Made by a program: the position numbers and the translations under genes. A stretch of 64,000 nt of DNA from the NCBI GenBank assembly GCA_963721685.1, contig CAVRJJ010000005.1:311367-375366 (forward strand), written 5' to 3'. Below, in pieces: positions 43,518 through 53,529 of the stretch; positions within the stretch are counted from its first letter, which is position 1, and every line of letters starts with the position of its first letter. Below the pieces are notes generated by a model. That model saw only the letters and a program-made list of their open reading frames with translations. It was not told the origin of the DNA and did no database searches. This stretch comes from an uncultured bacterium. Its GTDB lineage: Bacteria; Patescibacteriota; Saccharimonadia; UBA4664; SCTI01.

Positions 43518-45458
43518 GTGGTTAACCTCATGAAGCGCGTCAGTTATGGCTTGATGAATGGGATAATTATTAATTTAATTATCCTTTCTTCAGTTTCTCA
43601 GGCGGCGATTAATCAATCAGCCTACAGATTCTTAAACAATATGGACAATACGAACCCAACTTTTCTTAACTCCAATGCATCTTCGGCAGATGAAACTGTA
43701 GGGGCTAAGGATATAGACACCATAAATGCCAATATATTTATAGGAGGTCATAACAGTAAATGGTTAATAGAAAAGCGCTCTGAGTTAGATGGTGGTTTAG
43801 TGTCAGCATTTGGTACCAATGGTTTAATAGAACAAGATATTACAGGAAATTCTGAAGAAATTGCAGGAATTAAAGCGCACAATAGTGACGCTTCTATATT
43901 TGTTGCTGGATCAGATAGGAGTGTTGGGGCTGCTGATGCTCAATGGAGAATAGAAAAAAGAAATTATGTTACCGGTGCGCTGATTAATGGTTTTGGGACA
44001 AATGGTGTTGTTACCAGCAATCCTTCGTCTGGTAACGATATAGTTACGGATATTATCCTAGATAAAAATGGTGGGTATATTTATATTTCCGGATATGATG
44101 TTATTCCTGGTAATAATGAGTGGAGAATAGAGAAAAGAACGGTTGCTACCGGTGCGTTAGTATCGAGCTTTGGGACAAATGGTGTATTTACGCTCAACCC
44201 ATCTAATCAAGATGATAGAGTACGAACACTAAATTTAGATCCTACTGCAACATATATTTATGTGGTTGGATCTGACGAAGGAAACGGCAACACCCAGTGG
44301 AGGTTGGATAAACGTCGTGCTTCGGATGCTGCTGCCTGCACGGCTGCTAACTGCGGAACATTATTTGGGACCGCAGGGACCTATACTAGTAATCCCAGCA
44401 ACAGAGCAGATGATATTTTATCACTTCAGGTAGATGATGCAGGCGGAGCGATTTATTTGGGTGGTTTCGATGGTGCAGTTGCAAATAATAACTCACAATG
44501 GAGAATTGAAAAAATAAATTTATTAACGGGAGCACTGATTACTGGATTTGGTACAAATGGTGTGGTGCTGTCAAACCCAAGCAGCAATAATGATGCAATT
44601 ACTGGAATGGCGCTGGATGGTGCCGGGGGCTATTTATACATTACAGGCTATGATAACACTTCAAGTGATATGCGATGGAGAGTGGAAAAAAGACAAAGAG
44701 GATCAGGTGCATTAGTGACAGCTTTTGGTACGAATGGTGTGGTAACTAGTAATCCTAGTAGCAATAACGACCAGCCATATTCCATAAATGTAGATATAGA
44801 TAGAAACCTCTTGTTTGGTATCGGAATGGATAAAGTGTTAGGCTCATCAAATCAACAATGGAGAATTGAGCAATATCAAACCGATACGGGAAGTTTTTGG
44901 CTAGCTAATGCTAATACTGCTGCGATTGCGAGTACCAACATAACTTTTAGGCTTAGAATGTTGCTTCATACAGACGTTAATCTACTTTCATCGAGTAATA
45001 CACAGTTCAAGCTTCAAACCGCTCCAAAAGTAGGTACTTGTGACACTAGTTTTATAGGTGAGTCGTATGTGGATGTTGTATCAAATTCGGGAGAGGTTTT
45101 GTACAATGATAATCCTTCATTGGCTGACGGTGCATCTGCGGTTGCAGTAAACGGTGATCCGACCCATAGTGGCGACACTAACGTTTTGCAAACAATTGAG
45201 GAGCTTAATAATTTTACAAATCCTAACACAATTTCAGCAAACCAAGATGGCTTATGGGATTTTGTTCTAAAAGATAATTCGGCTTTTGGGGCTTATTGCT
45301 TTCGGGCTGTATATAGTGATGGGTCTCCATTGGAAAGCTATACGACGATTCCAGAAATAACTTTCTGCAAAGATGATCCGAAAACAGATAACTTACTTCG
45401 TGGGGGAACATATTTTTGTGAAGGTATTAAGCGATCTTATTTTTGGGCCAAAGATTAA
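43518..45458 (+). CDS. delta-60-repeat (beta-propeller-like) secreted protein
   Basis: At least seven ~60-aa tandem repeats of the form ..QWRIEKR..TGALI.GFGTNGVVTSNPS..D.......D..GGYIYI.G.D.., matching the delta-60 repeat pattern. There is an N-terminal signal peptide, and the gene is AT-rich. Confidence 0.55.
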   Translation: MVNLMKRVSYGLMNGIIINLIILSSVSQAAINQSAYRFLNNMDNTNPTFLNSNASSADETVGAKDIDTINANIFIGGHNSKWLIEKRSELDGGLVSAFGTNGLIEQDITGNSEEIAGIKAHNSDASIFVAGSDRSVGAADAQWRIEKRNYVTGALINGFGTNGVVTSNPSSGNDIVTDIILDKNGGYIYISGYDVIPGNNEWRIEKRTVATGALVSSFGTNGVFTLNPSNQDDRVRTLNLDPTATYIYVVGSDEGNGNTQWRLDKRRASDAAACTAANCGTLFGTAGTYTSNPSNRADDILSLQVDDAGGAIYLGGFDGAVANNNSQWRIEKINLLTGALITGFGTNGVVLSNPSSNNDAITGMALDGAGGYLYITGYDNTSSDMRWRVEKRQRGSGALVTAFGTNGVVTSNPSSNNDQPYSINVDIDRNLLFGIGMDKVLGSSNQQWRIEQYQTDTGSFWLANANTAAIASTNITFRLRMLLHTDVNLLSSSNTQFKLQTAPKVGTCDTSFIGESYVDVVSNSGEVLYNDNPSLADGASAVAVNGDPTHSGDTNVLQTIEELNNFTNPNTISANQDGLWDFVLKDNSAFGAYCFRAVYSDGSPLESYTTIPEITFCKDDPKTDNLLRGGTYFCEGIKRSYFWAKD

Positions 45459-46193
45459 TTAATTACCATTAGGAAAATTAATAATTAACTTATCTAGAGA
45501 TTTTGTTAGTGCCCTTATGTTAATGGTGTTATGCCAGTAATAATCACGAGCGCTCAATAAATGAGATTGATCTTTGCCCAACCTTGCAGCAATCTCTCCG
45601 CTCACATTATTCGTATAGTATATTTTTAGGTCCTCTACAACTCTTAGCTGTTCAGATAACGCCGGATCATTTACGTGATTATTTTTCAAATTTTCAAGAT
45701 CGGCTTTGGTATAGTCAAGTATCTCAACTAAAGCTTTTACATTATTTGGATTTTCAATAATGTTTTGGTGGTTAAAAGTTAATAATTGGCGCGTAGCTCT
45801 GGAATTTTTAAACGCGTAGTCTGCCACTTCAATGTAATCATTACAAAAATTTGAAATTTTATGATAATAATCATTAATTCGTTGAGATTTTTGCTCTTGC
45901 GCTTGATCCACAATTTTTTCTCGTATGTTATTACACGCAACTATGCTTTTGTTTAAATGAGCATGATAGATATCGAGACTAGATTGCGTTAGCCCATTTT
46001 TCTCGCGTTGACCCATGGCTTCATCAATAGATCCAACAGAAATTTTTACATCACCTAGCTGTTGCCTTAAATAATTTGCAGTAGATTCCTTTTCATAAGT
46101 GATAAAAGTGAATAATGAAATAACTATTAAAATAAGAATTATAATCAAAAAAAACAGTTTTTTGAATATAGGATTTAGCGTTAGCGCATTCAT
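45459..46193 (-). CDS. membrane-anchored hypothetical protein (AT-rich)
   Basis: A 244-aa protein with an N-terminal TM helix (LFFLIIILILIVISLFTFI) and an Asn/Lys/Ile-rich composition. It is convergent with the delta-60 gene. Confidence 0.4.
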   Translation of the reverse strand: MNALTLNPIFKKLFFLIIILILIVISLFTFITYEKESTANYLRQQLGDVKISVGSIDEAMGQREKNGLTQSSLDIYHAHLNKSIVACNNIREKIVDQAQEQKSQRINDYYHKISNFCNDYIEVADYAFKNSRATRQLLTFNHQNIIENPNNVKALVEILDYTKADLENLKNNHVNDPALSEQLRVVEDLKIYYTNNVSGEIAARLGKDQSHLLSARDYYWHNTINIRALTKSLDKLIINFPNGN

Positions 46194-46359
46194 CTAGAAA
46201 TAGTATCATATCAGCTAATAATCTCTACTTCTTCAGATGTCAATTTCACAAGATGTTGGAAGTTAAAAAATGGACTTGACGCGTTATACTTCAGGGCTGA
46301 GGTAGTTGCGTATAAGACTCATCACCTAATGAAACAACCATAAGTGGTATAATTCCGGT

Positions 46360-47190
46360 ATGAAGTGGTTCTCTACCAGAAAGACTGTATTTAAAGCAGT
46401 AATGATAAGTACGTTTTCAGTATGTATGATAGTGGGTGTCGCGCTGGCAAACTCCACCCTTTCCCAGGGTTATCTGGCGCCTAAGCCGGTTGCTACCGGG
46501 GCATTAGTGAGCGCCGATCCCAACCCGGGGGTTGTCCAAAATGCTAATACCCAAAACGTTAATAGTTTGCTGGGGATAGCCCTTGGGCCGACTGCGCTTT
46601 TTACGGTAACCACTTCAGCCAATGAAGTTTCAATCGCGACTTCAGGGGTGGTGCCGGCAATGGTCTCTGATATAAACGGCGATATTAAGGTAGGCGACCG
46701 AATCACCGCTTCAGTGTTGAATGGTATTGGCGCGAAAGCCATCCAAAGCGCCAAGGTGGTGGGGGTGGCCCAAGGCAGCCTAGATGCTAAGTCCAAGAAT
46801 GCCGTAAAAACCAAAGTTAAGGACACCAAAGGCAAGGAGCGCGAAGTGCTGGTGGGCCAAATTCCCGTGCTTATTAGTGTGAGTTTTTACACCTTAGGCG
46901 ATGGCGAGAAGTCGCTGGTTCCAAGCTTTTTGCAAAGTGTTGCCAATGCCATTGCCAGTAAAGAAGTCTCCCAGCTGCCGCTGTTTGTTAGCTTAATTAT
47001 TTTCCTGGTAACCATAACATCAGCCTTCGTTATACTGTACGGTTCAATCCGGTCCAGTATAATTTCCGTTGGACGTAACCCGCTTGCCCGGGGCTCCATT
47101 ATTGGCGGACTCATCCAGGTTGTGTTCCTTGTGGTGGGTCTGATTGTGGTGGGTCTGGCTGCCATCTTCCTCGTACTGCGCTATGTCTAG
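46360..47190 (+). CDS. hypothetical membrane protein
   Basis: A 276-aa protein with an N-terminal TM helix, a central soluble region and two C-terminal TM helices. Confidence 0.45.
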   Translation: MKWFSTRKTVFKAVMISTFSVCMIVGVALANSTLSQGYLAPKPVATGALVSADPNPGVVQNANTQNVNSLLGIALGPTALFTVTTSANEVSIATSGVVPAMVSDINGDIKVGDRITASVLNGIGAKAIQSAKVVGVAQGSLDAKSKNAVKTKVKDTKGKEREVLVGQIPVLISVSFYTLGDGEKSLVPSFLQSVANAIASKEVSQLPLFVSLIIFLVTITSAFVILYGSIRSSIISVGRNPLARGSIIGGLIQVVFLVVGLIVVGLAAIFLVLRYV

Positions 47191-47211
47191 GCGTATGCTA
47201 CTGTTATTTAT

Positions 47212-48300
47212 ATGACCATTCCGAGTGACCAGTTTATTAATTTTGCCCGTGCCATTCCGCCAACCTCAGCCTTAATGCCAGAAGAACAGTTTAAAGAATT
47301 GGCTGACGCCGTGATCCACCGCGACGCGATTGTTATCCAATCTTATGGCAATCAAGCGGGTTATCCCGCTTTGCGGGACCAGCTGGCGGCTCAATATAAT
47401 GTTTCCCCGGAACAGGTGCTGGTGGGCGGGGAAGGTTCCTTGCAGTTGTTGGATCTTTTAGCGCACGAGGGTGAGAGCAGTTTAGTTATGGTAGAACAGC
47501 CTTCTTATGACCGGGCAATTATCACCTTTAAGCGTAATGGCGCGCGAGTAGTGGGTATTCCGCTGGAAGACGATGGTATTTCGGTTGAACAGCTTGAGTT
47601 GGCAATTAAAAAATTGGGTGTTCCGCGGTTTGTTTATTTGGTACCCGACTCTCAGAACCCAACCGGTATTACCCTTTCCGCCGTTAAGCGGGGGCAGATT
47701 ATTGCCCTTAGCAAGCAGCATAAATTTACGGTTATCGAAGATATTCCTTATCGGCATCTGCGCTATAGTGGTGAGCCGGAGCCATTGATGCGGTCGTTTG
47801 ATGCCGGGGTTATAACCATGAGCTCATTTAGTAAGCTGATCGCTCCGGGTTTGCGGGTTGGATATATGATCGCCCCGCCAGAAGTGATTACAAAGCTGGT
47901 GAAGTTGGCCGAAGACACCTATGTTTCGCCCGCGCTGCTTAACCAGGCAATTGTTTCAGAATTTATAGCGCGCGAGTTGGTTACAGGCCAGGTTAACCGG
48001 ATTGTAGAGATTTATAAGCCGCGCTGGCAAGCCGCGGCCGCGGCGGCGGCTCAGCTTGGCGGCAGGGTCTACCCCGCTGACGGCGGGTTTATGGTGGGCG
48101 TAGAGCTGTCCGCGGAGGCGAACGTTAAGGATTTGGTTGAGCGTGCCAAGGATGTTGGCGTGGGCATAACGGCGGGGCGGCCATTTTACGCGGAAGCTTT
48201 AAATGAAGCGGATCCCGACCGGTTTTTGCGCCTGCCCTTTTGCGCGCTAACCGAGGAAGAGTTTGGCGAAGGTGTGCGTCGGCTGGCTGCGCTGCACTAG
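47212..48300 (+). CDS. PLP-dependent aminotransferase (fold type I, class I/II)
   Basis: ..SSFSKLIAPGLRVGY.. is the SxSK PLP-lysine region. The protein is 362 aa. Confidence 0.8.
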   Translation: MTIPSDQFINFARAIPPTSALMPEEQFKELADAVIHRDAIVIQSYGNQAGYPALRDQLAAQYNVSPEQVLVGGEGSLQLLDLLAHEGESSLVMVEQPSYDRAIITFKRNGARVVGIPLEDDGISVEQLELAIKKLGVPRFVYLVPDSQNPTGITLSAVKRGQIIALSKQHKFTVIEDIPYRHLRYSGEPEPLMRSFDAGVITMSSFSKLIAPGLRVGYMIAPPEVITKLVKLAEDTYVSPALLNQAIVSEFIARELVTGQVNRIVEIYKPRWQAAAAAAAQLGGRVYPADGGFMVGVELSAEANVKDLVERAKDVGVGITAGRPFYAEALNEADPDRFLRLPFCALTEEEFGEGVRRLAALH

Positions 48301-48516
48301 ACAACTCCGGCTTGCGTAGAGCAAGCATAACTTGCTACCATCAAGTCTATTAACAACTAAATTCTCTAGGGTGGCGTGAAATTCGCCAATCGGACGTATA
48401 GCCGTCGACCTCGGGCAGCCCGAGGATGATCATGTGAAACTCATGAGCCGACCGTATAGTCGGGACCCGCTATGACAGCGGGTGTTGCATTCGTGCAACA
48501 GAAAGGAGAGAACAGT

Positions 48517-49452
48517 ATGAGGTACCGAAGCTTCGGCTCGGCGGCGGTGATCGCCGCCGCATTATTATTTAGTTTGGATGCGCTGCTGCGGGTGAAGCTT
48601 TATAGCCTACCCCCTTCAGTCATCGTATTTTGGGAGCATATTTTAGGATTTTTAATCCTAGCGCCAATCGTCTTTTTGAGCTTTAGGCGATTTAAGGAGT
48701 TCACCCGCAAGCAATGGTGGGCTATTATTGGTGTGGCATTGTTGTCCGGAGCGGTGGGAACCATTTTATATACTACAGCCCTAACAAAGATCCAGTTTAT
48801 TCCTTTTTCCGTTGTAGTGCTTTTTCAGCAGTTGCAGCCAATTTTTGCTACGGCCACGGCCGCAATCCTTTTGAAGGAGCCACTGACAAAGAAATTTTTA
48901 GGATTAGCGGTACTAGCTCTAGGTGCGGCTTACTTTGTGTCCTTTCCTAATTTAATGGTAAACTGGTCAACGGGGAATGAAACGCTGATCGCCGCGTTGT
49001 TGGCGTTAGGGGCAGCTATTGCCTGGGGCAGCTCAACCGCATTTTCCAAGTATGCCCTCAAGGGTACTTCGACACTACATGTTACCGCGGCGCGTTTCGG
49101 GATTGCTCCGTTCTTCGCACTCGCGATCATCTTTATGCTGGGCGACAGTGGGGCAGTCTTTGCGGTTCAGCCGGTTCAATGGCTTTATCTATTGGCAATC
49201 ACCTTTTCAACCGGGTTGGTGGCTTTGGCAATCTACTACTTTGGTTTAAAACGAATTCCAGCGTCACGGGCAACCATTCTTGAACTTACCTGGCCGCTCT
49301 CTGCAGTGGTTATCGGCTACGTCCATTTTGGACAACGACTGTCCCTTACCCAAATTCTTGGAGGTATCGTATTAATAACAGCGGTCTACTTAATTGCCCG
49401 CGACGCACAAGCGATAGCGGCTAAAACCCCGGATAAGCTACCAAAAAGCTAA
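48517..49452 (+). CDS. DMT superfamily (EamA-like) transporter
   Basis: Ten hydrophobic helices forming two EamA-like halves. The start is reassigned to the ATG 7 nt after the AAAGGAGAG RBS. Confidence 0.8.
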   Translation: MRYRSFGSAAVIAAALLFSLDALLRVKLYSLPPSVIVFWEHILGFLILAPIVFLSFRRFKEFTRKQWWAIIGVALLSGAVGTILYTTALTKIQFIPFSVVVLFQQLQPIFATATAAILLKEPLTKKFLGLAVLALGAAYFVSFPNLMVNWSTGNETLIAALLALGAAIAWGSSTAFSKYALKGTSTLHVTAARFGIAPFFALAIIFMLGDSGAVFAVQPVQWLYLLAITFSTGLVALAIYYFGLKRIPASRATILELTWPLSAVVIGYVHFGQRLSLTQILGGIVLITAVYLIARDAQAIAAKTPDKLPKS

Positions 49453-49454
49453 GC

Positions 49455-49979
49455 TTACTTTAATTGATTTTCTAAGGTTCGTTCGAGGTCGGCGCTGCGA
49501 ACCGGCCGCAGCATTTCATAAAGATCGGGGTCGTCCTTAACGTTGATGCCATTCTTTTCCAGGAGCAGTATCAGCAACTCAATAACTTTGGTAACCTCGC
49601 CTTCGGTAATTGAATTAACCTGCATATCGACTTCCTCGCGAATTTCAGCAATCTTCGCTGCCCGGTTTTGTGAGATGAGGACAATAATGGCCAAGAAAAT
49701 CGCTTCCAGCGAGACGATCATCGTCAGCAAACCAAAGGGAAAGGGATCAAAAATTTCTATGCCGGCAATATGGCCGGTATTGATGGCGATCCAGATGGCA
49801 AACCACGTGGCGTTAAGAGCCAGAAATAAAACCGTTCCAAATTTGGATGTAAGGCCATCGGCAAAACGAGCACTAAAATTACGTTTCTTATCGGCTTTAA
49901 CCCGGTAGCTTTTAATAATTCGGCGCCGGTGGCGCATCTTTTCTTCGTGCGGCGGCCGCGGTTCTTCTTGTATATCCAT
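49455..49979 (-). CDS. DUF1003-family membrane protein
   Basis: ..FGTVLFLALNATWFAIWIAINTGH.. is the DUF1003 signature with two TM helices. The start is set at MDIQEEP. Confidence 0.55.
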   Translation of the reverse strand: MDIQEEPRPPHEEKMRHRRRIIKSYRVKADKKRNFSARFADGLTSKFGTVLFLALNATWFAIWIAINTGHIAGIEIFDPFPFGLLTMIVSLEAIFLAIIVLISQNRAAKIAEIREEVDMQVNSITEGEVTKVIELLILLLEKNGINVKDDPDLYEMLRPVRSADLERTLENQLK

Positions 49980-50031
49980 ATGCCTGTTATAGCATGAGCA
50001 CGATAAGATGTCACGTGATATAATCCAGGTC

Positions 50032-50433
50032 ATGATGCCGATTAGAAGCTTTTTGCGCTTGGCAGCGATCGTAACATTTCTACTGGGGATGGGTTTAATG
50101 CTCTTTCCGGCGCCAATCCTTACCTACTTCGCGGAAGGCCAAATGCCCAATGATGTGCACTTTGTCCGATTCCTAGGAACCGCCCTCATTGGTTTTGGCG
50201 CATTGAACTGGGCAAGCAGCAACCTGAGCGAACCCAGGGCATTGATGCCTGCCCTTTATGCCAACGCGACCAGTTTATTGCTGGGAGTTTTAATTGATGT
50301 CATCGGTTTGGTTGCTGGGAGGCTTAACCAGCGAGCATGGTTAATATTGGCTCTGCATGTGGTGTTTGGGGCTGGCTTTGCCTATTACCTGAATAAATTC
50401 CGAAAAGCCGTCTCCAATTCGGCCCATTCTTAG
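50032..50433 (+). CDS. hypothetical membrane protein
   Basis: About 134 aa with four hydrophobic helices. The start is chosen at MMPIRSF.. so that it does not overlap the divergent gene. Confidence 0.4.
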   Translation: MMPIRSFLRLAAIVTFLLGMGLMLFPAPILTYFAEGQMPNDVHFVRFLGTALIGFGALNWASSNLSEPRALMPALYANATSLLLGVLIDVIGLVAGRLNQRAWLILALHVVFGAGFAYYLNKFRKAVSNSAHS

Positions 50434-51173
50434 GCTTGGCCAGCAGCGGCTGAGTCGACGAGCCACAAAAGATTACCGGACTGTGGATTCACCATGCTAG
50501 CTGGCGGAAATCCATGGCCTTCAAACTTCTTATGATTTTGAACGGCCTGAAACGCCGCGTGCTTATCGGATCCAGTGGCTAAAAACATTACATGATGGGC
50601 AGTGTTAATAAGGGGCAAGGTAAAAGTTACACGGTCAACGGGTGGAGGCAGTGCGCCGGGCGGCGAGCTGACTACTAAGCGTTCTGATTCCTTAAGTGAG
50701 GGTTGGCCAGGAAAGAGGGAAGCGGTGTGACCATCTGAGCCAAGGCCGAGAAGGATAAGGTCGAAAGAGGGGAGACCGCTTTGTCCAGCTGGGACAACTG
50801 TTCGAATTGTCTGTTCGTAGGCCGCGGCAGTCTCATCGGGAGTTCCAGATCCAACTGGGACGGCGTGAATGTGGTCTGGGAGGAGGTCAAGTTTCGACAA
50901 CAATGCGCCGTGGGCGGCGCGGTAGTTGCTGTGTTCGTCATTTTGCGGAACCAGGCGTTCATCGCTCCAGAAAATCTGCCAATGAGTCCAGTCAATCTTG
51001 TCGCGCCATTCGGGCGCGGCAAGCAGCTCGTATAGTGCAAGGGGAGTCGACCCGCCGGATAGGGCAATAGTAAAGGAGCCGTGATTTGGGATTGCTTGGT
51101 TGGCTATGCCCGCAATTTGCTGCGCCGCGGCTTCATAGAGATCTTCCTTATTAGGGTAAACCGATATATTCAT
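50430..51173 (-). CDS. pgl: 6-phosphogluconolactonase
   Basis: ..FTIALSGGSTPLALYELLA.. and ..WQIFWSDERLVP.. are NagB/Pgl family motifs. The protein is 247 aa. Confidence 0.8.
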   Translation of the reverse strand: MNISVYPNKEDLYEAAAQQIAGIANQAIPNHGSFTIALSGGSTPLALYELLAAPEWRDKIDWTHWQIFWSDERLVPQNDEHSNYRAAHGALLSKLDLLPDHIHAVPVGSGTPDETAAAYEQTIRTVVPAGQSGLPSFDLILLGLGSDGHTASLFPGQPSLKESERLVVSSPPGALPPPVDRVTFTLPLINTAHHVMFLATGSDKHAAFQAVQNHKKFEGHGFPPASMVNPQSGNLLWLVDSAAAGQA

Positions 51174-51292
51174 GTAGCTATCCTAGCATGTGCTTATTAT
51201 GAATGGTTCGGATAGGACACCGCCGAAGCGCCGTCCTATCCGTGGATGCTGCCAGCCAGGCTTCAGCTGGCAGCATATGTTGTGGTCAAATT

Positions 51293-51745
51293 TTAGTCGC
51301 CTCTTCCCCACGTCATCACCGAGCGTCGCGGGGTCGGCGGTTGGTCATTGAACATCTCCAGGTAAGCCAACCCTACAGCTACTACGTCTCTTTTGCTCAC
51401 CTGAGTTCGTATTTTGGCTGACTTCTCATTGGGGAACTGGATCTCTATCGTAACTTCGGTGGGCCTACCTGCTTGTGCCGCGGTAGTGATTTTAACGCTA
51501 TTCGGGTCGGCACGTCCTACTGCGTTTGCAACGGCGCCGAGCACGGCTATATGCGCATCTGCACCTTCACCCACTCCTGTCAGTCGCCCAACCAAGAAGT
51601 TCGATGCGGTAATTACTACCTCCGCTTCGTACCGAATTTTTCCGTCTGCCATCCCACCAGTTACGCGAACACGCTCGAAGCGTGGATTTTCGGGTACCAG
51701 TGGAAATTCATCACCTGATTTACTTGTGGCATCATCAGACACCAT
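51293..51745 (-). CDS. Asp23/Gls24-like hypothetical protein
   Basis: ..GKIRYEAEVVITASNFLVGRLTGV.. resembles the Asp23 N-terminal block. The protein is 150 aa. The assignment is weak. Confidence 0.4.
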   Translation of the reverse strand: MVSDDATSKSGDEFPLVPENPRFERVRVTGGMADGKIRYEAEVVITASNFLVGRLTGVGEGADAHIAVLGAVANAVGRADPNSVKITTAAQAGRPTEVTIEIQFPNEKSAKIRTQVSKRDVVAVGLAYLEMFNDQPPTPRRSVMTWGRGD

Positions 51746-52308
51746 TACCTCGTTTCGTTGTTGTTCAAGGTACTACTTGCTATGTTCAGGTCACATTGCT
51801 TGCTGACCTAAAGCCGACTGATAATTACGTAATTCTCAACCAACTCCAGACCATAAAGGTATTGGAATTAAAAATCACCGCCAGTGCGGTGACCGTTGAG
51901 ATTGATTATTGCCAGTTAAACGGTACTACAGGGCGGCGCGAAGCAAACTCAGCAGCAGGAATGGGCTGGAGGAGGTAGGGGTTGAGTTGGTAGTTACTCT
52001 AGTCATTATGGAGGAGATTGTGACATATGTAACTATTTGTGTCAACCGACCGGCACGTGGGCACCCTCCCCGCATCCTCGCATGATAGTACAAAAGTTAC
52101 CTAATGAACCCCTATAAGGTAGGCAACTTTTGTACGGCTTTTAACTAATGGAAGATGTCCCTGATAATTCTAACGGTCTTTGCCTACTAATCGCCCAATC
52201 CACTATGTAGCCCCCATCTATAAGCGTTGTAAGAAAAACATTATTCGCAAATTTTTATTGTAGAGAGAGCTAATTACCATTATACTTATGCTTATAAGCA
52301 AGGGTGTG

Positions 52309-53529
52309 ATGAAGTCATTGATGCTGGGGTGGGAATTGCCCCCATATAATAGCGGCGGCCTAGGAGTGGCGTGTTACCACCTCTGTGAAGCTATGGCCGA
52401 GCGCAACATCGAGATAGATTTTGTTGTCCCTTATCTAGAAAAACACGGTGTAGAGTTTATGAATGTCATACCTGCCTTGCCGGTGCCCTCTCATATTACC
52501 CGGCGGGCAGGCGGCATTTATGACAGCCATGAATGGACTGAAGAGATGCCGGCCGGAACCGACGTAATGCCGGGCAACTTGCATCAACAGCGGGCGCATC
52601 TTACCTCCTTTACCAAACAATACGTGAAGCGCAACCGTATTGATGTTATCCATGCCCATGAGTGGCTGACCTTTGAAGCAGGAGTTGCCGCGAAAGAACT
52701 AACCGGTAAACCGCTGATCGCCCATGTTCACGCCACGGAGTTTGACCGTTCCGGTGAGCTTTACGGAAATCCGCTTGTACACGACATAGAGCAAACCGCC
52801 CTTAGCGTGGCCGATCGTATTATTGCGGTGAGTCAGCTTACTAAAGATTTGATTGTACGAAACTATGGCATTCCGGGTGAAAAGATTGAGGTAATCCATA
52901 ACGGGCTAACCCCGGCGCAGCTGCATGCCTCGGGCGACGCCGCCAGCTATCAGTATATCCGGGCCATGAAGCATCTGGGATATAAGGTGGTGGTAAACGT
53001 GGGCAGGTTAACCGCCCAAAAGGGGTTGCGTTATCTGCTTGAAGCGGCAGCCCGGGTGATTGAAAAAAATCCTAAAACCCTATTTCTGCTGGTTGGCAGC
53101 GGGGAGATCCGCAATGAGTTGATTGGCCGTTCGGCAGAACTTGGCATTTCTGAAAACATTATCTTTACCGGCTTTTTACGGGGAATCGCGTGGCGTGACG
53201 CTTTCGCGATAGGCGACTTGTTTGTTATGCCTTCGGTATCTGAGCCATTTGGCTTAACCGCCCTGGAGTCGCTGGCGTTAGGCACACCAGTGCTGCTTTC
53301 GCGTACGTGCGGGGTTGCCGAGGTTGCGCGCAATACCCTTCAAGTTGATTATTGGGATACGAGGACCATGGCCGATAATATTCTGGCTGTGCTCGACCAG
53401 CCGGCGTTGCATGATGAATTGCTTATTAACGGCCGCCGCGACATTGCCGGCATGGCTTGGAAGCGGGCGGCGGAACGTTGCGCCGACGTATATGAGTCGA
53501 CCGCGGGCTTAAAAGAGGTGCTGGCATGA
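52309..53529 (+). CDS. glycosyltransferase, glycogen/starch-synthase-like (GT4/GT5-type GT-B fold)
   Basis: ..WELPPYNSGGLGVA.. at the N-terminus, as in glycogen synthases, and ..EPFGLTALESLALGTPVL.. as the C-terminal GT-B motif. Confidence 0.7.
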   Translation: MKSLMLGWELPPYNSGGLGVACYHLCEAMAERNIEIDFVVPYLEKHGVEFMNVIPALPVPSHITRRAGGIYDSHEWTEEMPAGTDVMPGNLHQQRAHLTSFTKQYVKRNRIDVIHAHEWLTFEAGVAAKELTGKPLIAHVHATEFDRSGELYGNPLVHDIEQTALSVADRIIAVSQLTKDLIVRNYGIPGEKIEVIHNGLTPAQLHASGDAASYQYIRAMKHLGYKVVVNVGRLTAQKGLRYLLEAAARVIEKNPKTLFLLVGSGEIRNELIGRSAELGISENIIFTGFLRGIAWRDAFAIGDLFVMPSVSEPFGLTALESLALGTPVLLSRTCGVAEVARNTLQVDYWDTRTMADNILAVLDQPALHDELLINGRRDIAGMAWKRAAERCADVYESTAGLKEVLA

